Assembly (NCBI GenBank): GCA_002189035.1
Contig: NEEC01000016.1
Span: 558,001-622,000, forward strand
Length of the DNA: 64,000 bases
DNA from: Utricularia gibba
Lineage: Eukaryota > Plantae > Magnoliophyta
Reading direction: 5' to 3'
Both the position numbers and the translations under genes were made by a program. Of the stretch, positions 34,350 through 47,990 are shown in pieces. Position 1 is the stretch's first letter, and each line of letters starts with the position of its first letter. The notes beneath the pieces are model-generated. The model did not search any database, was not told where the DNA came from, and worked only from the letters and a program-made list of their open reading frames with translations.

Positions 34350-37300
34350 TCAGACATCAGCGGGCATGCTACTGAGGCTTAAGGGGCTCCTGCTGAAGAA
34401 GCTCTCTGAGCTGTTCCCACCATTGGCAGACACTTCGAGGGGCGAGGGAAGACTGTAAGGGTGATCACCCCATATATCAAAGGTGTATTTCTGATCAAAC
34501 TCCATCCTCTCATCATCCTGACTCCCAATTTTGGTTCCTGGAGCCCGTGCATGAGGAGCGATCTTCGAGGTCGATACTAGATCAGGAGAATCCGGGGCAG
34601 GCCGGCAGGCACCAGGCCATGTTGCAGAAGGCGCCAGCAGCTGTTCCCTGATCACTGATTTCTCAGTAGAAGAGCCCCCTTCATGTCTGTAATTGTAGTA
34701 GTTGGTCTTTGAGGAGGAGCATGTGGAGCTGCAGGGTGTATCCTGATCATATCGGAGAAGAGCCGGGTTGATGCTGGCGGACATCTGCAGCGGCCGTCTT
34801 GCTGTGGCAAAGGAAATAGGTGATAGAGGTGATGAAGGGGTGGAATTCCCACTCTGACTGCTAGAGACTTCATGGTTTAGCAATGCAGGGCCAGGACTCT
34901 TTTTCTTCTTCCGCCTTCTTGCCTTCTCACCTCTAACTCGAACTCTCAGGTGAGACTCGAATGCTGCTCCATGCACGTCCAGGTCCTCTGTTGATGAAGT
35001 CCTTGGAATACCTTCCGATGCTATTTGGGTTCCTGTTTCCGTATTGAAAATACGGCTTAGCTGCTTCTCATATTCTGAAGACTTGGAGGATCTAGAGGCC
35101 AAAGACATCTCTTGAGCAACGAATTCCGAAAAATGGCCCATGTGGGAAGTGAACATGGCACATTTTTTTTTCCATTTAGGACAAATCTGTAATGAGATTT
35201 TCCTGCCTCTGTGACTATCAGCTGCGGAAACCGTGATATGAGGAAATAGCAAAAGAATCACCAGGGGCACACAACAAGCTGAAAGAAGCAGCACAAGTAA
35301 TGATTTTATACGAATCAAGAGCGCCCATCTTCTACAGTGACTTAGCACACACAGCGGTGTATCAACTTTCATGGGTATAAAAAGGATGCCGTTTGTCAAA
35401 ACCAGCTCAAGGTCCCGTCTTACTGCCGGAGCATAGAAACCTGGCTTGTAAACTATGTGAAGGCTTGCAGATTCACCAGGCTGGAGAGAAAAACCTGCGC
35501 AGTTTTTTATCATAAACCCATCCAAACCACATTTTGCTCCTGAAATATGGATTTGCTTCACTTCAAGAGAAAGGTCTCCCGTGTTCTTGATGTGAACCTC
35601 CTTGTTCAATAATCGAGAGCAGGGCCGACAGTCACGTCCCACTGATGAATCCGGAGAATCATTTAATGGGTATTTCAAGTTAAATTGAAAGTCTAAACTT
35701 TGCACCAAATTATCCTTCTCAAGAAAGATCAATGACAGTGAACTGCCGTACCCTTTTAGATATATCCACTCCACACCAGATAGATTGTTCCTAACCAAAG
35801 CTGAGCCTCTCCATTCACATCTATCGGAAGGTTGAAATATTAGAGGACCAAGTGCTGCGCTACCAAAGGGGTGCACCACAGCCTCAGTCAATGCATTTTT
35901 TGAAACTGAGAAGCCATATCTTGTGGGACCAGTTGTTTGATTTCCCACCAAACTGAAGTATGAAGAGGGTTGTAATGACATCTCAATGCTCCTGCAGTTG
36001 AAATAAACTTCACTAGGATTTAGAATGAGTTGCACTACAACTGGTTCCTGGCTTGGATTTGTCACGGTTATCCACCTAGATGAATAATTTCCAACAGTAA
36101 CCTTCGGGAAAAGCAGTTCTGCATTATCGAGAACAGACATGAAGTCCACAGCAGCATGAGATTTCCAATTTCCTAGTACCACTTCGTCCACCTGCCAATA
36201 ATTCACGACCTTCAAACAGTTGCAACATAATGCCAAAATACCAGTTATTAAGCAGTTCATAGCACAGGAAAAACTAAATACTCGCAGAACACAGCCCCAT
36301 TCTCAATCTCCGCTTTTGTTTTCTCTATTTGAGGACATATCATTCACTGCTAATTGACTGATACCCTTTTTCCTGAAAATTTTTTGATGACTATCCTCTG
36401 TTCAGCTTGCTCATTATTCTTAATCTTATACCTTTACAATGTTTCCATATTCTTCCATTTCCATGGGATGAAGAAATAAACTTACATCAAACCTACTATT
36501 CATTTTCTGGAAAGAATCGAAACTTAAGAAGAGCCCATTGAGGTAATGAATGCAATGTTTTGAGTAAAAAAGCTACAATAAATCTGTTGGTAGATAAATC
36601 GGCATGGAGGGAAACTCAGCTAGTATCCTACGATACATTATCTTAGGAGAACAAAGAAGAAGCACAATGTCATATACCTTGATTGCATCCTGTAGCTGAA
36701 TGCTTCCACTGAGAGAGCTATCCTCCCCTTTTATATAGTTAAGAACGAAGGTTTTAGTGAATCCAACCGAGGAATTTGATTGAAATCTAGCGCAGACATT
36801 AGCAACATCTAGGCAGGGAATTTTCAAATGAGAACTTTTTGTGTCATTGAAGAAAACCATCACATTGCAATCCATGCTCAGTTCATGAGTTGCTACATGC
36901 GTATAACTAAGAATAGCAACCTGGGTGACAGTTCTGGGAAAAAGAATGAGACCTTCGACATATCTTATCTGAAAAATCCCAGCATTTTCTCCTACTTGAT
37001 TCATCTTTGTCACACCTATAATATGCGATGCTTGATTCCTCACAGACAATGAAACACGGCATGTTACCAAGCCCTCCAGAGCTGACGAAACATTAGAGAC
37101 ATCTACAGCAGAATTATGAATCAACTCAGCCTCAAAAGGTATTATCAAAGTATCCACGTTTTTGCTTAGAGGCCTTAGAAATTTCATAGAGAGCGCACCA
37201 AGAGCCTTTCCTTGGCCAGAAATATCCAACTGAACGATAGATTGCGTATCATAGGGTGCAACTTCCAATTTTTGTGGCATCCTTAACGCAACTTCTGGAT

Positions 37301-38387
37301 GACCCGCTTCCGCTCGTTCAACAACCTTCCATTCACCAGCACTCACATAATCACATCCAATTGGATTCTGAATATTCTCAATATGGAAATTGGAAATTGA
37401 TGAGTTTGGGTTGGACTCTGATGAAGTGGATATCCAAGCAATGACCTCCCTTATATGGAGGACTTCATCAAACGGATTATATACATAAAATTCTTTCCTT
37501 GACATTCCCATGGAAGATAATTCACGAAGACTGATAGGATACTCTAGATAAGGTGAGCCAACAGCAAAACCTTTAGCTTGTATCACGAAGCCACCTAAAG
37601 TTGTCTGCACTACTAGTTGCCCTGAGGCAAATCCAGGTGGCTAGGAGCAAATACAAAGCACAGTGATGCCACTTCCCCTGGAGCTAACCACAGCTCACTA
37701 AAATTGCATGAGTAAAACTGCATGCTGCTACTATAGAGGTCATAAATTCTAAGAATATTATCTGCATCAACATTCTTGACTGTCAAAAAGGCCAATGAAG
37801 AACTACGCAAGTTTCTATTTCCCCAATCCATTATGGAAGGACTTATTTCCAAGGGAACTGGAGAAGAACCATCAACGAAGCCAATTTTGACGTTCATGGT
37901 GTCAATTGATGAGTTTTGACTACGCAACCTCTTTCCCAGTTGCAGGACATGATGAGAATGTTCGTGTAATTTGACATTCTCACTGGAGGAAACCTCATAC
38001 AAGCCATCTTGGTGACATAAAAAGCAAGAAACTGTTTTCCCATCCAAAACTCTGAAGGTTCTATGATGAGACAAGAAGCTCAGGTTACTCTGCATTTCCT
38101 TCAGTTCATAAGAGAACCCCCCGGACAGAAAAGAAGGATCTGGTCCCTCACGTTCACTGATTTCAGCTGCATTCAATGTAGATGGAAAACACAATTCTTT
38201 TGAAGGTGGACACACACCTTCGAAACTCCCATGCAAAACAGAATGTGGGGATGTCCATACAAAACCAACACTACTTCCAGAATCTTCTGCCCCCTTCACT
38301 AAATGTTGATTGGATGCAACGAGAATGAAGATAATAGAAAAGAAGATCACGGAAAGATTTGACGGATTGCCAGAAGAAAAGGGATTC
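34350..38387 (-). CDS. TMEM131-like protein (Ig-like repeats plus TM); first exon unresolved; 1-nt frameshift near 37633
   Basis: LEISPSIMDWG; QTTLGGFVIQAKGFAVGSPY; LLFPKVTVGNYSSRWITVTNPS; RNNLSGVEW; RARRRKKKK; YTFDIWGDH. Intron 36192-36677; acceptor at 38388. Confidence 0.82.
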
Positions 38388-40305
38388 CTGAAAAACAAAC
38401 AAAATAGCTGATATCAGGATTCCCAAGTCGTTAGAGGATGAAAACCCGCCAGTAATCTTAACAAGCATAAGTGGAAGAACAGTTTTCACGGACCAGAACA
38501 AGAATATATGCACTGAGGCGATACAAAAACACAATGGCACCCATCCATTTCGTAGTATTTTTGTTCAAAACCCCAATCGCTAATGAAAACGAAAATTCCA
38601 ATACAGCAAAAACCAACACACTTCACTACGCGCCTCAAGAAAAGTCTTTTAGCGCATGAAAGTGATTAATCATCGACGCAAAAACAATACTTCCATCTCC
38701 AACCCCAACACCACGACCCACAGAGCATCGTATCATAGTAAAACTATCCTCCAGCCCAACGAATAAAAAGCATAGTACATGCCCAAGAAAACAAGATACG
38801 ACGGAACATAGCGCGATTACTACTACATATCAGATATTCACCAGGAGTGCAACTTGCGCAAGAGCTGCCCCCTCCGAATTCCGATTACAAGGGATTCAAA
38901 CATCATCCGTGAAGAGCAACAACGGAAGCATCTACAACCCGATTCCTCGAATCAAAACATCACTACGACTCCCGAGGGCTTCGAAATTCCCTAGCGCGAG
39001 AACCACACCATGCTGCTGCAGCACGACGCCAACTCAATCCCACGAAGCCCCACGCTACACTACATCGCCTGAACCTGATATAATTGATATACAGCCAAAA
39101 CAGCAAGTATCTCACTCATCCACAAAATCTTGGAGAATTTTCAAGAAAAAAACAAAATATAATTCTCAATATATATATAATAAATACATAAATACAAAAT
39201 AATGCCCACTAAATTATTTTCTTTTGCTCTCATCAACTACCTGACCTACCACACTTTACAAATCTTTTTCTTTATTAATCAAATAATTCATAAATCCCAA
39301 GCAATCACCAAATTTTGTATGAATTACAAAATTGACCATCTGTCTTACATTATGTGAAAAAAATATCCGTAAAATATATTTCTATCCTATTTACAATTTA
39401 TCAATTAAAATTTTTATTATATTTAAATTCCACAATCAAAATAAATCTTAGAGAATAACTACCATAAAATAGTATGCAAAAGATTACAAATATAATCATT
39501 GAATCTAATTAACATATGATATTAAACTCTGCATTATTTTATATTTGATTATTTAGTTAAAAAAGGTAATACTTTTTTGTGCAATGAATCTATATTTAAT
39601 ATAATATTAAAACTGTTTTTTTTATTTTCTCAAAAGTCAATTATATAAAGAAAACCTTGGTCGTTTTGAGAATTGAGGCTGAAGGACAAACATGTAAATT
39701 CACGTCCTCATGGAGTGTGCTCTATGCACCCAGTTGTGTGAGGATTTATGAAGAGTTTTGTCCTTTTTACCCTTTTAGATAATTTTATGTTACATTTATT
39801 TCATGAATTTAAATAAAATTCAAATGTTTTAACTAATAATTAATTTCACTGCATCATTGAGAAATAAATTAAATTCTTTTTTATTTTAATTTCATAAACC
39901 ATCAGATATGACTTAATTATCCCATGAGATATTTTAAAAATAATAAATACCCCTTTTGGAAACTTTGGGCTGAGGCGTGACAGCGACACCTCAAAATGAA
40001 TGAACTTAATTAAAACCACCCCGCCGCCATTATCGCTAAGTATCAGATTATTAAAGCAAATTTTAAATTAAAAATTAAAATACTGTATTTAAAATAAAAC
40101 CACCATTTTGGTAATAACTCTCATTTTTTTAGGATTTGTGTGTATACCATGGCTCCTGACTCTGTAGTTGTCAAAGAGACTTGTTCAGGCTCTGTACACT
40201 TTGCTTCAGCTTAGAGATCAGAAGAACAAGGCCTGGTTTTGTTAATCAGCAGAATTAGTCTGTGTTATCCTTCTCCAACACCTCAGAAGAGGAAGGGAGA
40301 GATCT

Positions 40306-41646
40306 TCAATTGGTGTAGTCAGTGTCAAATGCGCCTTCATAGACGGTTCCTCTGAGAGCCTCACAGACTTCCTCCCAGTTCAGGATATGGTCTCTGAGAG
40401 GCCCTTTGTGTATCTTCACTTGCTTGCTCCTCAAGGGCAGCAATGGCAGCCCCAGGAAGTTCTGAACATCGACCAGTTTCTGCCACAGGTTCCAGAGAGT
40501 GCAGATTTAAGTAGTTATCTGGAAGGGGAGTGGTTGTTGAGGGGTGGTGTGCAGCTTACTGTTCTGTTGCTCACAAGGTCTTCGTAGTACAGGATCATGT
40601 GTCTGGTGCGTCTGAAGTACCCCAGGGCCTTCAGGATCATCTTCTCCATGTTCTCGAGGTCTGTCACTAGCGTTTTGGGGTTGATTCTGGGCTTGTAACT
40701 TGCAAGTGTTTCAGCCTGTAAGGAGCATCAGAAGCGTTAACAAGTTATGGTTCAGGTAGCAGATGTGAGGTGATTCACAGGGAAAGAGAAAGGGAACCTC
40801 CTGAGGAGAATGGACATGGGACTTGTGTGTTCCATTGAGAAGTTTCGCATATCGATCATAGGAATTTGCGAGCACAGAAACCATGCGTCGAAGTAGATTT
40901 CTGCGGAAGAGGAATATGACTGTAACCCCATTTCTACTGAAGTAGTCGATGATTTCCTCATGGAACTCCATGATTCCCTGAAGAGGTTTAACAAGAGGAT
41001 GGTTTGAATACCCTTTGAACCAGAAGAAGAAACACAAGAAACTATGATGCAAGAAACCTGATTCAGCATCCATTTGAAGCCTACTGCTGCAGAGCAGTCG
41101 TTCTTGGAAGCACTAGAGAACCAGTCCAAGTTGTAAACTTGGTCAAGTGTCACCAAGATCGATGAGCTGCTGACTCGCCTCTCTTTGACAGCGAAGATCT
41201 CCCCATTGGAGCTCACGTTTGTGTGACTATTTAACAAGGTTTCAAACCATCCACTCCCAGATCTTTGCATTGAGACAATGGCAAAAAGGCGTACAGGGTT
41301 GCACTCACATTCAGCCCTGATGGCAAATAAACAACAAAATTCACAGATGGACATGAAGATATCAATCAAATGCGAGGTGGGAGGGATATGTTCTAGCTAC
41401 AGACCTGTTAAATGTTGCGGGCTTGGGGTAGTGCAAGAATGGTGTTTGGGATCTGTCAATGCTGAACTCATTACAACGGTTGAAATGAGATTCAATACTT
41501 GAGACTTCTTTGTTGGTTCGGAAGTTTGTTTGCTTCAGACAAACCGAGAAGACATAAACACCAGAAAACAGTGCAAATGCAAGAACTAAAATCCTCCTAG
41601 ATGGAGAGGGTTTCATAGGAGCCTTTATGATAATTGCACCCTGCAT
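40306..41646 (-). CDS. NodH-like / sulfotransferase-fold P-loop protein (type II membrane); start codon uncertain
   Basis: FAIVSMQRSGSGWFETLLNSHTNVSSNGEIF; SAAVGFKWMLNQG; IFLFRRNLLRRMVSVLAN; YYEDLV; QVKIHKGPL. Stop TGA at 40306-40308. Confidence 0.85.
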
Positions 41647-43319
41647 TCAAGTTGGAACAATCCATGAATCACTACAGTCGAGAAAATGAAGAAACAAAAA
41701 AGCTGCGCGCAACAACAACATCCACTATAAATGCAGAAAATCCCGTCTTCCCAACGTAGAGGAAAAAAAACAGTACAATAGGCAACGAAAGCTCATCGTC
41801 TCCAGTGTCTCCAAGGGAACCCCAATACCAGAAAGCGAAAGCAGGAAAAATATGAGCAGCAGAGAACCCAATTTCCTGCCATTCACATTCGATTTTCAAC
41901 TAGACTAGTCATTCGAGGAAGGACAATTCCGGCACCCAAACAGGAAACTCAAAACCCATAATGCAGAAACGGGATTCACACCAAACCATAAAGGAAACGC
42001 AAACTGACGTCTTCGATCGATCACCTTATCGAGGATGCACACATCTTCCACCATTACTCCTCCCGCTACTAAGAAAACGGGAAAATCCCCCAGAACAAGA
42101 TTTCTCGACTCAGTGGCCCATACTCAAGTCCACTTGCAGCACCTAACCGCATAAATCTTGAACCCAATTCCGGTAAAATGATTCCCTACATCCTAGGGAA
42201 GCAGATTTCTTGCTGCGCTTTTCCTTTCAGGGACACAGAGAAAGCTGAAATTCCAGCTAAGCTCCTCGATACAAACGAATGCCATACCATACCATACATA
42301 TATCCCCCTTCGTACGTTCCTTGGTTCCTCCTCTGCTACTTCAGTTGTCCTACTCTACGACCTCGACTTCCTCTCTCTATCAGATCTCCATCGCCCAAAC
42401 CTTACAAATTTAAAATTCTAACCGTTTGAAAACCAAAAAAAAAAGTTGCTTGTGAAAATTCCACCCCTTGACTTCCAAGTCCCCCAAGATGCTATGTTTG
42501 AAATTTCCATCTGGTAAATTCTTCATATTTCTTTTTAGTGATCCCAAAAGATTCATCAACCCAACTTATTGTCCTCAATCCAATATTTTGGATTTGTTAT
42601 GCATTAAATTTTAGAAAAGTTAAATATTCAAATTTTGTGATTAAATTGAGAAATTATTAAATTTCTTTGATTATGTTTTGATGATTAAATAATAATTTAA
42701 TATAATAAACTTAACAATATATATTTCATATTATCTAACAAAATAATTTTACAATATTCAAATTTATTGTATTCACATAATTTCAAAATTGATTCTATTC
42801 TACATAAAGTTTCAAATCATAGAACATGTCCTTTGGTATGATTAAAAAAGTCATGAATCATTTGAATGTAATTAACTAGTGTTTTGGAAAATTTCTTAAA
42901 CTTATTTTTATTTTTTAAAAAATAAAAAATAATAAGTAAAAATAAACTATTTCTTACTTTTTCAAAAATAATTTTTGTAATATAATTTCAAAATTATTTT
43001 TTGAAAAAAATACTTTTACAATTTATAGTGTTTTACAACAAAATTATTTTTATTTTTGAAAAGCAAAACTAGATTTTAAAAATTTTTTACGTTTTAATCT
43101 AAATGAATGAATCAAGATTTATAATCGATTATTTTTAAAAATGTATATTTTTTTCGATCGATCTATGAAAATCTTTATTACAGAAACTGGAGAGTAACAA
43201 GAAACGGACAAACAGTGCGGAAATCAGTTAAATATGAAAAAGGGAGGTTTTATGGTACCCAACTTTATTACAAAATGAATGCGCGATCAAGGCGTCCATT
43301 GATTGCCATAAAATAAGAA

Positions 43320-44740
43320 TTAGGGGGTCCCTAGGCCTGAGTCGTCGGCACGTGCATCCATTTCACAAGGCCATCGTTGACTGTAAGGAAGCTTTAAATG
43401 GAATGCAGGGGTGGGAACTGGGAACATAATGGAGCTTAGGTTGGAATATAATATCCTCAAGACCAATTCATGGTCGGCTGGGGCGGCACTAGGCATGGCC
43501 CTGATGGATGTCAACTTGTTTTTTTAGTCTTCTGGTTTTGGGCTATGCACACGGGCCTCTTGTGTATGAGTTTCTTCAGTGTTGGAGGCCATTGGTGCAG
43601 CGGGCTCCGTGGGTTAATCTGGTGGAGGGTGAAGCCCACAGTCATGGAGAATTTGGCTGCATACGGAAACAATCAAGGGAAGTTGGAGATGAAGAAGATG
43701 GAGATTAGTTGTCTGTGAAAATGGATTCTTACTTTCCAAGTCCGGGGACTCCATTCTCTTTAGAGTTTCACTGCTTCCAAGTATGGGATTTGTAGGCATA
43801 CAAGGCAGGTGGGTTGTCAATATGCATCCAGGCGAAAACCTCTGTATCCTTCATTCTGCAACACATGTTAGTTAGTGTTCAACAGATATGGCGGAATTAC
43901 TCTTGTACCTGTGTTGGAGGTGAGATGTTATGCCAACACTCCAATTTGAAGTCTTTATCGTCTCGCAACAACCAATCTACATGTCATGCCAGTCAGGCCC
44001 TGGTGGTATGCCCCAATTCTGATGAAGTTTTTTGAAATCCATATGGACCAGGATTTAGTGGATACCCAATGCAATGTGAATTTTTGACCTTGGAATCAAC
44101 CAGGGACTTGTGTTTCCAAGTCTATGTATGTCCCTGTAGCGTGTTCCAGAGTCTTCCCTGCAAGAAAACTGATGCCTGGATCTTTCCCCCTCGCATAATA
44201 TAGCAATGACAAGCCACAAGATACACGAGGAGGTGCCTGAAAGAATGAATTCCCAAACCTCTCCCGATGGTATACAGCCATGTACTTTGTTCTTCTAAAA
44301 AAGAAGCCATCTAAGAAGAAAGAGGGAGAGGTGTTTACTGAAATTGTAAAATGCAACTCAGAGACATTGAACTCAAGAAGATGAATGGCATCAGCCCTTG
44401 GCGACGCGAGGAATTCCTAAAACATGTAAACAAAGCAATCATTTCTTTCTACACAAATGATTGAAACCCAAGCACAAAAATGAGAACAAAAAAGGTGCAA
44501 CATGGTGAGAGATAACGCACCATCACCTTCAGAATTGCATTTTCATCACATCCGATGTCAGAGGTGTTACTGCTTTCTGGTATACTCGACGGGGCAAAAG
44601 AAAAGGCGGCGATCACCAAGGACGACTGCACCGTGGAGGCCGAGAAGACCGATGGCTGAATCAATGCCGCCTGACTCAGCTAAATACCTGATCTTCAAAA
44701 TTAGGCGGCGCGATCGGTAGAAGAAAGACGAAGCACATGG
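43320..44740 (-). other. Unidentified multi-exon coding-like locus (minus strand favoured, not resolved)
   Basis: GC-rich 5'-like end near 44.7 kb, alternating GC-richer and intron-like blocks (e.g. 76-nt GTAAGA...ATGCAG), and AATAAA on the minus strand near 43265. No family recognised and no clean CDS could be built. Confidence 0.35.
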
Positions 44741-46113
44741 CGGCGACGGCGCCGATGAGTCGGCGGTTAATCCCTCCGACTCGTCGAAATCGATTACCAG
44801 GGCGTCCAAAACGCTTCCCGATTCATGACGCCCGCTCCAACCCATTAAACAATCATTAAATTTAATTATTGCCATTTCCTTCCAAATTTAAATCGTTTAA
44901 ATCCGCAACATGGTCGTCTGCAGCAGGCACCAGCTGTCCCCTTGACCGTTGACCCAAAACATCCTGCTTTAATTTTATTAATTGTTTTTCTTTTTAACGA
45001 ATCCCCGTCCGGTAGCCCCCACCCCAGTGTGCGGATGCAGAATGGACGCGACACGCGGGTCGACGTTCAGCTCTACTGCACCCGACAGAGAGTCCTCGTG
45101 TCAGTCTTTTTTTAAAAAATATGAAAACCCTCTTATCCACACGGGGCGGGCAGGTGGGGGCGGGTTTCATAATTGGGAGCAGATATGCCATAGTTGATTG
45201 TCGGGCAATGCCCCAATGATAACCCCATATCGACATGACTTATCAAGTTTCATTGGAAACATTTTAGCAATGTTTGGAAGTCTGTATAATCAATTCTATT
45301 TTACGAGAATTAATTATTTAGATTTTACTTCAATTTTATGAAAAATAAGATGATAGAATTCCTTTTTTTAAAAAAATTGATTCTAATATTGAAATGACAA
45401 TTATATTCATTTTATTAAATAATTATAATTAATAATATTATACATAATTAATTTAATTTAATTTTTATCTATCAGAAATTTCAATTTTATTAAAATTAAT
45501 TTTGAAGTAATTTTTTCAAATGTAGCTTTTATCAACTAACATTTGCTATCTTCATCGGATGGTTGTCCGATGAGATAGTGTCCTATCAGGTGGATTGTTG
45601 ATAAGGTCTATTTACTCGAGATCTTATTGTTCCTTTTTCCCCATTTTTGAATGCATGAATAAAAATTATATTTATTTAATTAACGTGTTTTCTAATGTAC
45701 GTGTGACATGTAAAACGTTATCACAATAGTTTAATTCATGCTTTTCTTAATTGAAATATATTCTTATAAAACCTGTGTATTAAATAGATTTTTAATTATA
45801 TGTATTTATCTAACATATATAATTAAAATATGGAGAATGTAATTAAAACCAAAACTGCAAAATACAATTTCCAACCTCTGCAGACTGCGGACACGGGGAC
45901 ACCGCAAAATGGAAGGCCTATTTTTTTTGTTCAAGAAATATAATAAATGTATTCATTCCTTCCTGAAAAAGATTCAAGGAATAGCAAGCAGCTTGAGCTT
46001 CAGCAAAATCCCTCGCAGTCCAGGAGCATGGTGAGAAATGAATCAGTCGGAAAATTCCTGCATTTAAGCAACGCACAATGACGTTCATGTTCTGAGAAGT
46101 TGTGGAATTTCAG

Positions 46114-46615
46114 TCACACAAGAATTACTGTGTTGAAAGAAGAAGACCTGAGAATTGGTGCTGCATTGTGAACCATCATGTAAATACGGGCTCTTTTTTC
46201 AGCCATTTTCTCGGGTTTCTTAGATCCGGTGTGGGGTTTTCTCAGTCCAAGAAACCCCCTCCACCGCGCCGGAACTGGATTCTTGGGCGGCCGGGTGGAG
46301 AATTCTTCGCCGTCTTCATGCTGCAGCTCATCCCTCAGGGTGGTGGTCCGGTTACTTCCTCCTCCCCCGCCCTCCTTCAGCGGGAGTAGGCGCCCCTTGA
46401 AGAAGAGCTCGTCGGCGCTCATCATCGGGAAATTGTTGACAGAGAACTCGAAATCGGAAACGGGTGCGTCCCTGTAAGAAATAGGCGCGCGAATCTGGGA
46501 TCCCCCACGAAGTCACTGGAGAAGGAGATTCTCGGGCTCATTGGCGGAGGAGCGCCGGCGCTTCCCCCAAGCTTGCGATCGGAATTCTGGTTGTACATTT
46601 TCCTAAAAATGCCAT
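46114..46615 (-). CDS. MAKR-like (membrane-associated kinase regulator-like) protein; frameshift near 46502
   Basis: MSPRISFSSDF and DAPVSDFEFSVNNFPMMSADELFFKGRLLP occur in two frames joined by adding one G to a G5 run; RWRGFLGLRK. The 3' end and exact start are uncertain. Confidence 0.8.
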
Positions 46616-47201
46616 GCCACGCCCCAAGCAACAACATATGCTGGTGGCACTGGCAACTGGCAACTGGCAACTGGTAAATTACAATTTCTTTCCACAAATA
46701 TTAACCTTTTTAATAAAAAAAAAAAGAAAAGTGGAATTTCCTGCCTGAATAAGGTGCACCTAGCGATGTCCACCCTCCAGAAAAGATGCTTTTATGGGGA
46801 TGACTGGCTTGGTGACAAGGAATGGGTGAAAAAGGACAAGGGAGTCTTTAAGACACCTTTTGACCGAACGAGACTGACAAGTGGGATTTGTCGCCAGGTG
46901 TCCAATCCCAGTGACACACAATAAATAAATCAATAAAGTAATAAACAAAACGTGTCCCCTTAACATCATTAAAAAAAATTATAACTAATAATAAATAAAT
47001 AACGCCTAGTGGCATGACATGTGGAGGACGCCACTCGTTGGTGACCCGTGCCCTAAGGGCATCTGTGTTCCGACATTGGGCGGCCGGGATACCCATTATT
47101 CAGAATTTATTACTCATTGACCGCATTACATGCCGGACCATAGTAATTTTTGGTGTGGTAATTTATAGATTTGGTTTAAGATTAACATACTAATATGTTT
47201 A

Positions 47202-47447
47202 AATATAGTGTAATTAATTATGCATATATTCAATTGTATATAACGTTTGATATTCGAAAATAGAAATCTTAATATATGAATATAGTGTAATTAAGTATAT
47301 ATATATATATATTTAGTTATATATAATGTTTGATATTCTAGAATAGAAATCTGAATATGTGAATATAATGTAATTAAGTATGTATATATTCAATTGTATA
47401 TAATGTTCAATATTTGAGAATAGAAATCTGAATATATGAATATAGTG

Positions 47448-47496
<49 letters not shown>

Positions 47497-47549
47497 TTAA
47501 TTGTATATAACATTCGATATACAAGAATAAAAATATGAATATGTGATTA
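47202..47549. repeat. AT-rich tandem repeat, about 77-83-bp unit, 4 copies, with embedded (TA)n
   Basis: AATATA(G/A)TGTAATT...AATAGAAATCT units start at 47202, 47279, 47362 and 47439. The (TA) tract at 47452-47494 is expanded in copy 4. Confidence 0.9.
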
Positions 47550-47979
47550 GTATAAATATAATTAACTCTCCCTCAATTCATTTGTAAATATTATCCATAT
47601 GCTCAATAACCGAATGTATGAGTAATATAATCATACAAGACTATCATATATATGCTAACAGTTTCTATGTAATCTCGATTATAAATCTTCTATATTATAC
47701 TATCAAATACTCCAATATTATCATTGTGATTCAAATTTTTTTCAAAAATAGTTTTGTTACAAAATATGAACCATATCTATTATAAATCAATTTTAATAAA
47801 TTAAAAAACCTTATTGTCTAATTTTTCAAAAATTATTTCTCAAAAAGTCTGCCCCAAACAAAAATGTAAATGCATGCTCACGCCAATTTGAATTGCTAAA
47901 CAGATAGAATTAGTACCAGTGAGTCACTTTAGGGCCGGCCTATTGGTCCCAGTTTCCTAACACAGATGAGCTCACTGAC

Positions 47980-47990
47980 TGGGCTGGGCC
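47980..47990 (+). promoter_or_regulatory. Tandem Site II elements (TGGGCT, TGGGCC)
   Basis: TGGGCTGGGCC in a GC island upstream of the PRRC2-like gene. Confidence 0.35.

Noticed and set aside
44406-44418. 13-nt antisense match to 18S rRNA (TAGGAATTCCTCG on minus strand) as a snoRNA guide
   Set aside because: No D/D' box at the required spacing, and matches of this length are expected by chance in 64 kb.
44449-44530. MVRYLSPCCTFFVLIFVLGFQSF as a signal peptide
   Set aside because: It lies in a T-rich stretch that better fits an intron (GAAG|GTGATG...TTTTAG).
45266-45450. TGTTTGG-type MITE end
   Set aside because: No matching CCAAACA end or TSD nearby.
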